IMG/VR virus record: IMGVR_UViG_3300027612_000008
Coordinates: 1-48,382 of that record
Length of the DNA stretch: 48,382 bases
Source: a virus
Lineage: Duplodnaviria > Caudoviricetes
Reading direction: 5' to 3' (one strand)
Position numbers and translations under genes: made by a program
Part shown: positions 26,955 to 37,598 of the stretch, piece by piece
Position numbering within the stretch: the stretch's first letter is position 1
Layout: each line of letters opens with the position of its first letter
Notes under the pieces: model-generated
Told to the model about the DNA's origin: nothing
What the model saw: the letters and a program-made list of their open reading frames with translations, nothing else
Databases searched by the model: none

Positions 26955-27169
26955 CGAATGGAATTGGCCGCCAACAAATTTCGAATTTCGTGGATGCCGT
27001 CCACGACTTCGCGAACCATCAATTTCAAATCGGAATTTTCCGATTCCAAACGTTTGATTCGTTCGTGTTGCCGGGCCAAAATGGTTTGCGTTTTGACGTG
27101 CTGGTGAATCAATGCACCAGCGTTCGCCAATGCGATTCCAAGCAATGACAAAATCGTGATTGAATCCAT
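26951..27169 (-). CDS. Single-TM holin-like protein (copy 2)
   Basis: Homolog of 3651-3869. Confidence 0.6.
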   Translation of the reverse strand: MDSITILSLLGIALANAGALIHQHVKTQTILARQHERIKRLESENSDLKLMVREVVDGIHEIRNLLAANSIR

Positions 27170-27178
27170 GTCGGCAAA

Positions 27179-27415
27179 TTACGAATTGGCGGCGGCCAAA
27201 TCATCCAACAACGTTGTCAATTCATTGGGAATTGACCATTCGGTTTCGCCGGCGGTTTTCAATGCGGCGTGATGGTCACGAACCAATTGAATTCCCGACA
27301 CCATGCCTTTGTAAAATTTCACGCCGTACCAGTCCCACACCATCCCGCAATTGCGTTGTTTGTGAACGGGCCAACGGGAATTGATTTCGTGGGTTGCGCC
27401 ATCGTCAATGTTCAT
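27179..27415 (-). CDS. Possible tail fibre chaperone (copy 2)
   Basis: Homolog of 3879-4115. Confidence 0.6.
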   Translation of the reverse strand: MNIDDGATHEINSRWPVHKQRNCGMVWDWYGVKFYKGMVSGIQLVRDHHAALKTAGETEWSIPNELTTLLDDLAAANS

Positions 27416-27416
27416 G

Positions 27417-30400
27417 TCAAATGTTGATTGTGAGTGTGATTGTATCGTTGGTCCCATCCGGCAAATCAAACGTTCCACATTCGATTTCTTCGCCTGAAAA
27501 ATTTCCCGTATTTGAACCCAAAACCACCAATTGATTGGCGTTCGAAAATTGGTCGCGGAATGTCAATTGAATGGATGCAATGGTAACGGCCGTGTCAAAT
27601 TCCAATTGGCCCCAATCGGTACCGGTTGGGCTGGAAATGGTCCACCAATCGGAACCGGTTTCATTCGCATCAAAACATTCCCAAAATTCGCGGCCGGGAT
27701 ATGAATAACCCCACGTCACAACCAAACCGGGCAATGACGTTGCCGATGTGAGTGCGGCGGACGGATGTTTTGTGCCGGTTGCGTCAGAACCTTCGAACAA
27801 ATCGATATTGTACGCCATGATATATCGCGAACCCGGTTCGCCGCCATTGTGTTTGACCTGAAATCGCCAATGCGTAAACGTGCGCGATGGTGTCACGTCA
27901 AATGTTTCGATGGTTTCAAGGGATTGAAATTTTCCAGCATCTACGCCAACAATGCGCATTTCGTAATCAGTCGCAATGGATGTTGGAACAACAAATGACA
28001 CGTTGCCGGATGAATCAATTGAAACCGGGTTGGCGGTGATTTCGGTGCCGCTTGAATCATAAATGGCCCCCACATACGTTCGCCCGGTGACGTGATTTGA
28101 AATCGTCGCCGTGGCGTTTGCGCCTTGCTGATATGAGCCGGACAAACCCGAAACAACCGGTGCGGCCGTGGTCAATAAACCCGATGTCACGCCGGTTTCA
28201 TTTACTTTGAAAATAGTGGTGCCATCGCCGTTTTTGATTTCAAACGATTGTCCGGTTTCGTTGTCGTCGTAATCCAGCACGACGACCACATTGCCATTGG
28301 AACGAATTTCAAGGTCCGCCGGTTGATTTGGCAACGAATTATTTGGACCAATGATGGACGTGCCGCCGCTGGTGAACGTCAATCCACCGGAACCGATGAT
28401 GGCACCATTGGACGTGAACGTTCCGCCGCATGTCAAATCGGATGTGAACGTGGCCGAACCTTGCGCGGAAAATGAACCCAACGTTGAAATTGTCCCGATG
28501 GCGGAAATTGAACCGGTTGACAAAATGGAACCAAACGTTGGTGTGGATGAAACCGCAATGGTCAACGTATCCGTGGCCGCGTTGGTGGTGATTACGGCGT
28601 TCGTGCCGGCGGCAATGGTCAACGTGTCCGTGGATGAATCGGCAACGATGGACGATTGCCCGGAAACGGCAATGGTTTCAAACGCGTTGCCGCTGGTGCC
28701 GCCACCACCGCCGGATTCATCGCCATTGTTGCGCACCGCCATCACGCCGTTTGACGCGGCGTAAACTACAAACGCGGCCGGCAAAACCATTCCGGATGCC
28801 GGTTCGGTTGTGGTCCATGTTCCGGCCGTGGTTTGCGACACAAACAAAACGTCACCATCCGTGAATCCGGACAACGAAACGCCGCGAATGGTTCCCCGGT
28901 CAAACACGACACCATCGGCACCATTGGCAATGGCTTCGGCCGTTACGCCGATGAAATATCGCGCGTCAATCGTCCCGTCCGCAATCATTGGCGCAATGGT
29001 TTTCCGACCGGATGCGCCCAACGTCCCGTTGACGTACACCGGAACGCCGGCGGCGATGCTGGTGCCGGTATTGTTCCGACAAATCCACCAATCGTTTTCC
29101 ATGTCCACGGCCGCCGTTCCAATTCCCAAAACGAACGCGGACCGGTCACCATCAAAAACCATTTCGCCGTTGGCCGGTGTCAATTCCGCATCCGTAGCAA
29201 ATGACAAACGTTCGGCAATGGCAACGTTCAACGCCTCGACCACATCGGCAAACGTGGCGATGCCCGAAACGCCCAACCGGCCGACCACATCCAATTCAAC
29301 GGACGGCGATGCGGTGTTGACACCAACGCGATTGCCGCGTGAATCACCGGTGGCAAAAATGGCGGTGGATGAACCGGTGGATTCGTCTTGCAAATCGACG
29401 ACAAATCGACCGGGCGATTGTTCCGAAATTGAAACGCCCGTGTTGCCTGAATTGGATGTGAACGCCGCCGTGGTTTGCGTCAACGACATTTCCAAACCAT
29501 CCGTTTTGCCATCAGCGTAAACAACCTTTGTGATGGTGTTGCCGGGGTCATCTTTGGGTTGAAACGTTCCCAGCAAATACGACAATTTGTTGGTCAACGA
29601 AACAACCGATGCGGCATTGGAATTGGTGGTTGATTCCACCGAATCCAAATTGACGGATTGCGTAATGGTGATGAAATCGGTTTTGGTTTGAATGGCCGCC
29701 GTGGTTGATTCCAAATTTGCAATGGCGGTGCCGGTGGCCCCAATCGCGTTTGACAATCCGTTGGAATCGTTGCCGGGATTAAAACCGCCCGGCACAACCT
29801 CATCGGAAACGTTTTTTTTGCCTGATGTCGCTTCGGTGATGGAATTGGTGTCACGCTGGATTCGCGCCGCCTCAAAATCCAAAATGCGCGCATTGGTGTT
29901 CATGGTGAATTCCGTGAACACGAACACATCGGAATCAATTTCAATGGCGTTCAACATCGTGACCAACGCGCCGATGGTGTCCGGCGCGGCCACATGAAAT
30001 TGACCGGCCCAAATCGGAATCGGATTGCGCATGGTGCGCAAAATTTCATTGACGGCCAATCGGTTAATTCCAACGCCGGTGCCAGTGTAATTGGACGAAA
30101 TCCAACCGGCCGAATCGGCCCATTCGGAACCATTCCAAACCGACAAAACGCCGCGTTCCGAATCGCTGATTCGGTCGCCTAATGTCACCACGTCATCAAT
30201 TTTGATGGCGCGGTTGGCATCGTCGCCGTTTGCCGTGTATGTTATTTCCGAACCGCCGCCGTCCACATCGGCCCGGAATGCCCGAACGTTTTGCGCGTAA
30301 TATTCCGGCGCATCGGCCACATTCAATCCATTGTCAATGGCCAACAACGTTCCATCATTGGCCACCAAATAAATGGAAAACGTGATTTCCAAATTGGTTT

Positions 30401-31757
30401 GCGTTGATGGCAACGCGCCCGTGGTGAATGTCAATCCGATGTTTTGATTGGTGCCGGCGTTTCGGTCAAATGGTTCGGACAAAAACAAGGTTGCACCAGC
30501 GGTGCCGGACCAATTCAAGGTTGCCCAATTTGCCAAATCGTATGTTCCAACGGAACCATCATCAAATCCGAAATTGCCTTGACCACCAAACGTGATGGCG
30601 GCGGTGGAATACTGGTTTCCACATTTGAATTGAACGCCTACGGCAATTCGACCAACGCGTTCGTCCGCATCGGAAATGCCAAACGCCGGGTCCACGCCCG
30701 GCAACGTGACGTTCACCACGCCAACGAAATTGATGAGTTGTCCGGCAAAGTAGTCAACCCCAAAATCGGTGATGGCCGTTGTGAAATCATTTTGGGCGAT
30801 ATACGGCGACCAAATCACCGGCGCATTGCCATTGTATTCACGAACGCGCCGCGCTTCGCTTAATGGCGGCGTAAAACGTTTCTCATTGCCGGCCAATTGC
30901 ACCAAATCCGTTCCCGTGGCCAACAACGTTTCGGCGGCCGTGCTGGTGCCTACGAAATCGCCGTTGATGTCGTAATTGTGAAACGCAATGGCGGTGTCGT
31001 TTTGATACGCGCCAATTGGAACAAAGTAGAAAACGCCACCAGCCAAAAACAAACGGGCGTTTTGTGATTTGCAAATGTTGCGGACCACATCGAATGACGA
31101 CATGAATTCGCGGTTGCCATCATCATCAATGGCCCAAAACGATTCGTGATGCGTTCGGATGTTTTCCATGAACCGCGTGGTCGCGGACATGTTCGTTGCC
31201 TTGAAATCATCGGCCACGCGCACGAAATCATCGGTGGCGATGAATGGATGCAACGCGCGCGTTTTGGTCAACGCGTTCACCAAATGTTCAATCAACGTGG
31301 CATGACCAGCGTAAGCCGTGGCCGGGTCCGATTTGTATGCAATGGATTTGAGGTTTCCCAAATCATCCGATGCCGTCAACAATGATGAACGCGGCAATGG
31401 TTCGTTCATCATCGACCATTGGTCCGATAACAAAACGCCGAACCATTCCAGCGCATACGAACCGCCAACCAATTTTTCGATGGTGATGGAAAAACGCGAT
31501 TCAACCGCCGTGGCCAACGCGTTGATGAACGCCGTGTGTTCGGCCGTTTCTTCAATGAATTCGAATTGAAGGGACGAACCAATGATTGGTTGAAAAACGT
31601 TTTCCGTGTCGCCTTTGTACGATAACGAAAAACCCGATGCGCCCAACGTGAATTCCGTTGGTGTGGTTCCGGCAAATTGTGAATCGTGGATGTTGATTCG
31701 CCATTGTTGCCCGAACAAATCTTTGAATTCGGCGAAATATTTTGTTGCGTTTGCCAT
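27417..31757 (-). CDS. Tail tip/fibre protein, 1446 aa (copy 2)
   Basis: Same length as and highly similar to 4117-8457. Confidence 0.8.
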   Translation of the reverse strand: MANATKYFAEFKDLFGQQWRINIHDSQFAGTTPTEFTLGASGFSLSYKGDTENVFQPIIGSSLQFEFIEETAEHTAFINALATAVESRFSITIEKLVGGSYALEWFGVLLSDQWSMMNEPLPRSSLLTASDDLGNLKSIAYKSDPATAYAGHATLIEHLVNALTKTRALHPFIATDDFVRVADDFKATNMSATTRFMENIRTHHESFWAIDDDGNREFMSSFDVVRNICKSQNARLFLAGGVFYFVPIGAYQNDTAIAFHNYDINGDFVGTSTAAETLLATGTDLVQLAGNEKRFTPPLSEARRVREYNGNAPVIWSPYIAQNDFTTAITDFGVDYFAGQLINFVGVVNVTLPGVDPAFGISDADERVGRIAVGVQFKCGNQYSTAAITFGGQGNFGFDDGSVGTYDLANWATLNWSGTAGATLFLSEPFDRNAGTNQNIGLTFTTGALPSTQTNLEITFSIYLVANDGTLLAIDNGLNVADAPEYYAQNVRAFRADVDGGGSEITYTANGDDANRAIKIDDVVTLGDRISDSERGVLSVWNGSEWADSAGWISSNYTGTGVGINRLAVNEILRTMRNPIPIWAGQFHVAAPDTIGALVTMLNAIEIDSDVFVFTEFTMNTNARILDFEAARIQRDTNSITEATSGKKNVSDEVVPGGFNPGNDSNGLSNAIGATGTAIANLESTTAAIQTKTDFITITQSVNLDSVESTTNSNAASVVSLTNKLSYLLGTFQPKDDPGNTITKVVYADGKTDGLEMSLTQTTAAFTSNSGNTGVSISEQSPGRFVVDLQDESTGSSTAIFATGDSRGNRVGVNTASPSVELDVVGRLGVSGIATFADVVEALNVAIAERLSFATDAELTPANGEMVFDGDRSAFVLGIGTAAVDMENDWWICRNNTGTSIAAGVPVYVNGTLGASGRKTIAPMIADGTIDARYFIGVTAEAIANGADGVVFDRGTIRGVSLSGFTDGDVLFVSQTTAGTWTTTEPASGMVLPAAFVVYAASNGVMAVRNNGDESGGGGGTSGNAFETIAVSGQSSIVADSSTDTLTIAAGTNAVITTNAATDTLTIAVSSTPTFGSILSTGSISAIGTISTLGSFSAQGSATFTSDLTCGGTFTSNGAIIGSGGLTFTSGGTSIIGPNNSLPNQPADLEIRSNGNVVVVLDYDDNETGQSFEIKNGDGTTIFKVNETGVTSGLLTTAAPVVSGLSGSYQQGANATATISNHVTGRTYVGAIYDSSGTEITANPVSIDSSGNVSFVVPTSIATDYEMRIVGVDAGKFQSLETIETFDVTPSRTFTHWRFQVKHNGGEPGSRYIMAYNIDLFEGSDATGTKHPSAALTSATSLPGLVVTWGYSYPGREFWECFDANETGSDWWTISSPTGTDWGQLEFDTAVTIASIQLTFRDQFSNANQLVVLGSNTGNFSGEEIECGTFDLPDGTNDTITLTINI

Positions 31758-31782
31758 GCCTGAAATTTCGGGAATTCAGCGC

Positions 31783-31817
31783 AAAGAAAAACGCCACACG
31801 AAATCGCATGGCGTTTG
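31783..31817 (-). terminator. Rho-independent terminator closing slot 2
   Basis: AAACGCCATGCGATTTCGTGTGGCGTTTTCTTT. Confidence 0.8.
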
Positions 31818-31838
31818 ATACTTTGATGGTGGTGTGCA

Positions 31839-32216
31839 TTAGGCATTGGCGATGGATTCGCCGTGGCGATTGTTGCCAATGAGTTTTTCAACCATTTTGT
31901 CAAACGCAACCGAATTGGCATCCGTGGCCGGCTTGAATTCACCGGTTTTCGATTTGTAGTCGTGAAAACATGTCCATGAACCATGTTCGTTGACGTTCAC
32001 CGACAAAATCCACGTCCGGCCGTCCCGATGCGCCAATTTGAACCACATGCCGCCGTTGTTGTAAACGTGCCGGTCCGTTACTATTGTGTCCAAAGTAAAT
32101 GACGGCAATGATGCCAATTCCAAAACGTTTGAAAATGCGGTTTGCGAATATCCGCATGCGGATTCGATGGTGAACGTGCAGTTCATCGCGATGTGGTGGT
32201 GTTGTGCGCTGGTCAT
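31839..32216 (-). CDS. Cassette gene X (125 aa), here in slot 2
   Basis: Homolog of 2253-2630, which lies in slot 1 of copy 1. Confidence 0.8.
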   Translation of the reverse strand: MTSAQHHHIAMNCTFTIESACGYSQTAFSNVLELASLPSFTLDTIVTDRHVYNNGGMWFKLAHRDGRTWILSVNVNEHGSWTCFHDYKSKTGEFKPATDANSVAFDKMVEKLIGNNRHGESIANA

Positions 32217-32251
32217 GGTGATGTGTGTTGTGTGTGTGTGTGTTGTTTGAA

Positions 32252-32296
32252 GATGCCGCCCGGCGAATCCGGGCGGCGTTGGTTGCTGGTGAATTA
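32252..32296. repeat. Cassette junction repeat with GC hairpin
   Basis: GATGCCGCCCGG-CGAAT-CCGGGCGGCGTT...CTGGTGAATTA. Confidence 0.85.
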
Positions 32297-32536
32297 GATG
32301 GCAACGAATTTGATGGATTCGATGCGAATGCCTTTGGCGATGGCTTGTGCGCGCCATTGCTTCGCGTAATCTTTCGCACGTCCGCCCGGAAACGCGGTGC
32401 GGCCTTTGTATTCCAAACGGATGTTTTCGGACCGGTGCGTTTCGCCGAAAATGTCGCGTTCGAAGGTCAATTCAACGGCGTAAAATTTGGCGGTCAACGT
32501 GGCGTTGAAATCGGTGGTGGTGGTTGCGGTGTTCAT
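32294..32536 (-). CDS. Cassette gene W, copy 3 of 3
   Basis: Protein identical to the other W copies. Confidence 0.8.
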   Translation of the reverse strand: MNTATTTTDFNATLTAKFYAVELTFERDIFGETHRSENIRLEYKGRTAFPGGRAKDYAKQWRAQAIAKGIRIESIKFVAI

Positions 32537-32560
32537 CGTGGTGTTGTGTTGTGCGTTGTT

Positions 32561-32622
32561 CATGGTGTAAATGTACACCAATATTCACACCGCGCAACAT
32601 TTCCATGAACTTTTTTTTTCAT
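32561..32622 (-). promoter_or_regulatory. Repeated early-type promoter, copy 5 of 6 (most divergent)
   Basis: Spacer bases vary while the A-tract, TTG and TACATTTA boxes are retained. Confidence 0.75.
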
Positions 32623-32625
32623 CGG

Positions 32626-35073
32626 TCAAAAACCACGCACCCGGTTTCGGTCAAACATGGCCCGTTCGTTTGAAATCAAAATGTCGTTTCCGCTGATGCG
32701 GCCGGTGACCACCACGTTCGTTCCGGTGTCGCCAATCAATGAACGCAATTTGTTCAATGGCGCAATGACTTCGGGGTTTGCCCGTGCGCCGGCATATTCG
32801 CCGACCAAACCGGCCACCGGCCCGGAAACGATGCCGCCATTCGCAAATCCGGTCAAACCTTTGAACACACCGCGCACCAATGCCATTCCCGATGCAATGA
32901 GCGTAGGAATCACAAACGCGGCCGCCGGACCGGCATTGGCACCGGTGGCCGTTGCCGCTTGAATCGCATGCGCGGTGGCCGCCTTAAATGCCGTGTCAAC
33001 GATGTTTGACAATGCTTGTTTCATTGCTTCGCGGCCACCTTCGGCACCCATGATGATTTGCGCAAAGGCATCACCGAATTGTTCGCCCATCATTTGGGCC
33101 GAATTGGCCATTTGTTCGAAAAACTCGTTTGAATTCACCAATTCGTCATTGAACGCGTTGAACCATTGCCGGAACTTTGTTTGTTCGGGCAATTGCAACG
33201 TGTCCATCAACGATGGACCAACCACCAGTTGCCGCGTATCAATCGGCGCAACATCGGCCGTGGCCGCCGCTGGTGTGTTGCGGTCCGCCGTTGGTTTGGC
33301 CGCGCCGCCACCGCCACCGAAAAATCCAAAACCTTTGGACATGGATTTGAAAAACGATGAACCGGTGGTTTCGGTTTCCTCGAATTCGTAGCGCAACCCG
33401 GCCAAAAATTCCGCCGCGCCCGTCATCATAGATTCCCAACCGCCCAACAAATTTGATTCAACGCCAATGGCGTTCAAACCAAAATCAATCATGCGCAACA
33501 ATTCGCCAATCAGGAAATCAACGCCACGCAAAATCAATTGGGCCGCGCCAACCAAAACGTTCACCAGTGATTGCCACATTTTATCCCAATCGCGCGTAAA
33601 CAATCCGATGAAAATGCCCAACGCATTTTGGATGATGTCAAATGCACCGGCCAAAACATCCACCACAAAATCCATCACGGCCGTGATTTTGGCGGTGATG
33701 ATGTCGCCAAACCAGTTCCAATATAACGTCAACGCCGAAACCAAAAAATCCCAAACGGCCACGATGGTATCAACGGCGGCGATGAACATGTTTTTCAGCG
33801 ATTCAAGAAACGCCGCGCCATCGCCCGTGGTGAAATACGCCACGATGGAATCCCAATTTTCGCGAATCAAAAACACCGCCGCCGCTACACCAGCCACCGC
33901 CGCCAAAACCGGTCCGGTCACCACACCAGCAATCAACGAAAACCCGGCGGCAATTTGTGGCAAAAACACCAGCAACGGACCAATGGCCGCCGCGATGCCA
34001 CCGGCAATCATCATGGTTCGACGCATGCCCGGCGACATGGCCGTGAATGCTTCGGCCACGCGCCCAACGAAATTGGCCAATTTTTCCATCGTTGGGGCCA
34101 ACGCCGTTCCCAATGCAATTTGCGCACCTTCGATGGCCGATTGCATGCGTTTCATTGTTCCGGCGGATGTGTTGTCCATGATGGCCGCCATGCCGGCCGC
34201 CGCGCCATCGGCGTTCCGGAACGATTCGGTCAATTGGTCCACGCCGGATTTGTTTTCGCCCAAAACCAACAACGCGGTTTGCGCGCGGCGGCCAACCTCA
34301 TCAAATGCCGCATCCAACGTCAATCCCGATGCCGCCAATTCGGCCATCCGTTGGCCTACGTCACCGCCGCCCGTGGCCATTTGCTGGAATATCATTCGCA
34401 ATGACGTTCCCGCTTGCGAACCTTTGATTCCGGCGTTGGCCATTTGGCCCAACATCGCGGTCGTTTCTTCAATCGAAACGCCGGCGGCCGCCGCCACCGG
34501 TGCAACGTATTTCATTGCATCCTGAAATGATTCCATGTCCAATGCGGACGATGAAAACGCGGTGGCCATCACATCCGTGACATGTGTTGTTTGCGACACG
34601 TCCAAACCGAATCCACGCAACGTTGCGCCGGCCACCTCCGCCGCTTGTGCCAAATCCGAATCGGTCGCTTGTGCCAATGCCAATGTGGCCGCCGTCACGC
34701 CTTCAATTTCCGTGGCCGTGAATCCAAGTTTGGCGAATTCCAATTGTAACCCGGCCACGTCCGATGCGGTGAAAATGGTGGTGCGGCCTAATTCCTTCGC
34801 ATTCGCTTCAAGGCGCGCAAATTCATCGGCCGTTGCGCCGGAAACCGCTTGCACCTTTGCCATGGCCAAACCGAATTCGGATGCAACGTTGAACGCATCG
34901 GTGGCAATGTTTTTGAGTGGTGCCGAAACGCTTGACATCATTTGCCGGCCCATGCGTTTCATGTTCCGACCAAACGCGCGGAATTTTCCCATTGCGCGGC
35001 CAATCGCTTTGTCCATTGAACGGGTATCCAAACCCAATGTCACCAGCAAACCGCCAATTCCTTTTGCCATCAT
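32626..35073 (-). CDS. Tail tape measure protein (copy 2)
   Basis: 815 aa homolog of 9025-11472. Confidence 0.95.
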   Translation of the reverse strand: MMAKGIGGLLVTLGLDTRSMDKAIGRAMGKFRAFGRNMKRMGRQMMSSVSAPLKNIATDAFNVASEFGLAMAKVQAVSGATADEFARLEANAKELGRTTIFTASDVAGLQLEFAKLGFTATEIEGVTAATLALAQATDSDLAQAAEVAGATLRGFGLDVSQTTHVTDVMATAFSSSALDMESFQDAMKYVAPVAAAAGVSIEETTAMLGQMANAGIKGSQAGTSLRMIFQQMATGGGDVGQRMAELAASGLTLDAAFDEVGRRAQTALLVLGENKSGVDQLTESFRNADGAAAGMAAIMDNTSAGTMKRMQSAIEGAQIALGTALAPTMEKLANFVGRVAEAFTAMSPGMRRTMMIAGGIAAAIGPLLVFLPQIAAGFSLIAGVVTGPVLAAVAGVAAAVFLIRENWDSIVAYFTTGDGAAFLESLKNMFIAAVDTIVAVWDFLVSALTLYWNWFGDIITAKITAVMDFVVDVLAGAFDIIQNALGIFIGLFTRDWDKMWQSLVNVLVGAAQLILRGVDFLIGELLRMIDFGLNAIGVESNLLGGWESMMTGAAEFLAGLRYEFEETETTGSSFFKSMSKGFGFFGGGGGAAKPTADRNTPAAATADVAPIDTRQLVVGPSLMDTLQLPEQTKFRQWFNAFNDELVNSNEFFEQMANSAQMMGEQFGDAFAQIIMGAEGGREAMKQALSNIVDTAFKAATAHAIQAATATGANAGPAAAFVIPTLIASGMALVRGVFKGLTGFANGGIVSGPVAGLVGEYAGARANPEVIAPLNKLRSLIGDTGTNVVVTGRISGNDILISNERAMFDRNRVRGF

Positions 35074-35381
35074 TTCATCATTTGTTGCAACAATGATTCA
35101 CCATTGATTGCGGATTTTTGTTTTGGTTGTTCCCATGGAAATTGCGCAATGTCCGTTGGTCGCAACCGCTGATTTTTTTTGGTGTGCGGTTGCAAAATGA
35201 TTGTCGCCAACCATCGCGTCCGTTCCCAATTTTGTTGTTCCCGAATTTCGTTCAATTCGTGAAAACCACGAACGGCACATTCGAAATCGTCAATGGTCAT
35301 TTCAAAAAACGAAATCGGGTCAAACCGCATGTGGCCCAACCCGATTTCAATAATTCGGTCCAACGTCAACGATTCGTTCAC
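35070..35381 (-). CDS. Tail assembly chaperone gpT-like frame (copy 2)
   Basis: A8 run at 35399-35406; -1 frame. Confidence 0.8.
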   Translation of the reverse strand: MNESLTLDRIIEIGLGHMRFDPISFFEMTIDDFECAVRGFHELNEIREQQNWERTRWLATIILQPHTKKNQRLRPTDIAQFPWEQPKQKSAINGESLLQQMMK

Positions 35382-35689
35382 GTTCGTTTCGCCGGTCGTT
35401 TTTTTTGGTCGCCGCCCATCACATCGGCGATGGCATCGGCGATGGTTTGCATTTCCGAAATTTCGATTGTGTCCAAAAAATCGTCGGCCGTCATTTTGAA
35501 TTCGGTGCCGTTTGCCTTGCATCCGGCCACAACAAAATGAAATGCCAGTTCACAAAACGCCAAAACATCCGGGTTCGCATCGTTGTTCAAATCGGCCACG
35601 CGTTTTCCGCTGGTTTCCTCAAAACGTTTCCATGCACCGATTGTGGCGCGCATCGGCAATTTTCGGCCGCCAATTTCAATTTCCGTCAT
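35378..35689 (-). CDS. Tail assembly chaperone gpG-like (copy 2)
   Basis: Homolog of 11777-12094. Confidence 0.8.
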   Translation of the reverse strand: MTEIEIGGRKLPMRATIGAWKRFEETSGKRVADLNNDANPDVLAFCELAFHFVVAGCKANGTEFKMTADDFLDTIEISEMQTIADAIADVMGGDQKKRPAKRT

Positions 35690-35696
35690 GCGTCAA

Positions 35697-36140
35697 TTAT
35701 TGTTGTTCGAATGCAACCGCGCCGTTGATGTCGAAATTCACGGAAAACTCTTGCGTTTCCTCGAATGCCGACGACAATTCAACGCTGGTGATGAATCCGG
35801 ACATTTGGTAAACCCGGTCGCCATCATCGGCACCGGTTCCCGATGCGCCCACGCGAATTTCAATGTCGATTTCCGTGCCGTTCAATTGGGCGTTTTGGAA
35901 TTCCTGAAAATTGAAATCGTTGCCGTAGGCAACAAACGCCGTCATGGCGCATGATGCCGATTTGAGGCCGGGCAAAATGTTTTTCCATCCGTCATCGTCT
36001 TTGTTCGTGATGTCCCGAATGTCGGTTGTGATTGTCACCGAACATTCCTTGACATCATTGATAACGGCGATTGTGCCGCCCGTTTCAACGGCCGCAAATT
36101 TTACGTTCGTGGCGTTGATGAATCCAGTGGTTTGTGCCAT
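35697..36140 (-). CDS. Major tail tube protein (copy 2)
   Basis: Near-identical to 12105-12548. Confidence 0.9.
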   Translation of the reverse strand: MAQTTGFINATNVKFAAVETGGTIAVINDVKECSVTITTDIRDITNKDDDGWKNILPGLKSASCAMTAFVAYGNDFNFQEFQNAQLNGTEIDIEIRVGASGTGADDGDRVYQMSGFITSVELSSAFEETQEFSVNFDINGAVAFEQQ

Positions 36141-36143
36141 GTC

Positions 36144-36389
36144 TTATTTCGTTTGAATGGTTTTTGAACGCCGCGAACGCCGCGCCGTTTGTTTCGGTTC
36201 CGGTTTCGGTTCCGGTTCTGACGTTTCGATTTTCACGGCCATGTCGGCCGTGGCAATGGGTTCGGTGAATGATTGCATGCACCCGGCCGCAATCATTTTT
36301 GTGAACGTTGTGTAATTGACCACATATGTTTCGCCGGCCTGATATTGCAAACCATTGATGGTCACGTTGTGTTTTGGTGTGATGTCCAT
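36144..36389 (-). CDS. Hypothetical virion-module protein (81 aa)
   Basis: Homolog of 12552-12791; EPEPKPEPK low-complexity tail. Confidence 0.7.
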   Translation of the reverse strand: MDITPKHNVTINGLQYQAGETYVVNYTTFTKMIAAGCMQSFTEPIATADMAVKIETSEPEPKPEPKQTARRSRRSKTIQTK

Positions 36390-36416
36390 GTTTCAAATTT
36401 AGGAATTTCGAACGCA

Positions 36417-37598
36417 TCAATTGTATTGATTCGCGACAATCAATCCGTGATGGAATGTCGATGCCAAATTTGACGCATAGCCAAACGTGGGGCCGTTGGT
36501 CACCGCGTATGAAATTTGGTTGTCCTTTGTGCGATTGCCGAAAACCAAATTGCCGCCGTATTGCCTCAAATGTGGGTCAATGAATGGTGTGTAGGCACCA
36601 CCCCACGCATTGACGTAATCGGTATATTCAAACATTCCGACGAATTCGGAAACGTCCGCCAATCGCCATGATTGGCCGCCGTAATCCAAGGAATTTGCCC
36701 ATTCAATCCATTCGGATTGCGTCAAATTCAAACGTTCGGTTTGCGCCCGCATCACATACACAATCAACCCGGTCAAATGGTCAAAACACATTGCCGGGTT
36801 TTGCGAATTGTTCGATGCTGATTTGTGGAAATCTTCAACGAATTGTTCCCCCAAATCATTTGTCCACCGGTAGCGATTGCCAAACCGATTGTCAAACATC
36901 AAAAGCGAATGCGCATCATCCGGAAAATATCCGTTGGCGCGAATCGCCGTGTTCAATGGATTCACGGGCAATGTGTAATCATACGTCCCGGCGGCGCGGT
37001 GCCATTCCACCGAACCGGTTTCATTGAACGTTTGCAATCCGTCCCATGGAATAATTCGTGCGTAAATGTGGCCGGCCGGCGGCGGCGGCAATTCGGACGT
37101 GGGCGGCGCGTTTTGGATGCATTGATAAGTTCCGCCCGGTTGAATTTGGTGAATGGTTCCGTCACCATCGGTCACGGCCACCGGTTGCCCCAAATACACC
37201 GCGCCGGAATCGCGCCGGACATGCGCTTGAAATTCGAGAACCGCGAAATATTTGCGCGGTGAATCAACAACCTCCATTGAACCGGTTTGGAACTGGAACG
37301 ATTCAACGGCCACGTCATCGTTTTGAAACGGCACCCGGTCCAATGCCATTCGAACGTTGTTTTGAATCGCGGACGCGCTTGCAAACGTTGCCGCATGACA
37401 AACAATTTCAACATCAATTTCATCAACTTGTGACGGACCGGTTTTCGTGTCATTCGGTGACATCGTGATGACATCGTATGTGATGAACGGCAACGTTTTT
37501 GATTGCGCCGCCGTCACCGGGAAAATGCGGTTGCCAACATCGGCCGCAACATCGGCGGCGTTTGACAACAATTCAAAAATTGCGATTCCAACGTTCAT
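36417..37598 (-). CDS. Tail terminator / DUF1566-like fusion (copy 2)
   Basis: Homolog of 12819-14000. Confidence 0.7.
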   Translation of the reverse strand: MNVGIAIFELLSNAADVAADVGNRIFPVTAAQSKTLPFITYDVITMSPNDTKTGPSQVDEIDVEIVCHAATFASASAIQNNVRMALDRVPFQNDDVAVESFQFQTGSMEVVDSPRKYFAVLEFQAHVRRDSGAVYLGQPVAVTDGDGTIHQIQPGGTYQCIQNAPPTSELPPPPAGHIYARIIPWDGLQTFNETGSVEWHRAAGTYDYTLPVNPLNTAIRANGYFPDDAHSLLMFDNRFGNRYRWTNDLGEQFVEDFHKSASNNSQNPAMCFDHLTGLIVYVMRAQTERLNLTQSEWIEWANSLDYGGQSWRLADVSEFVGMFEYTDYVNAWGGAYTPFIDPHLRQYGGNLVFGNRTKDNQISYAVTNGPTFGYASNLASTFHHGLIVANQYN

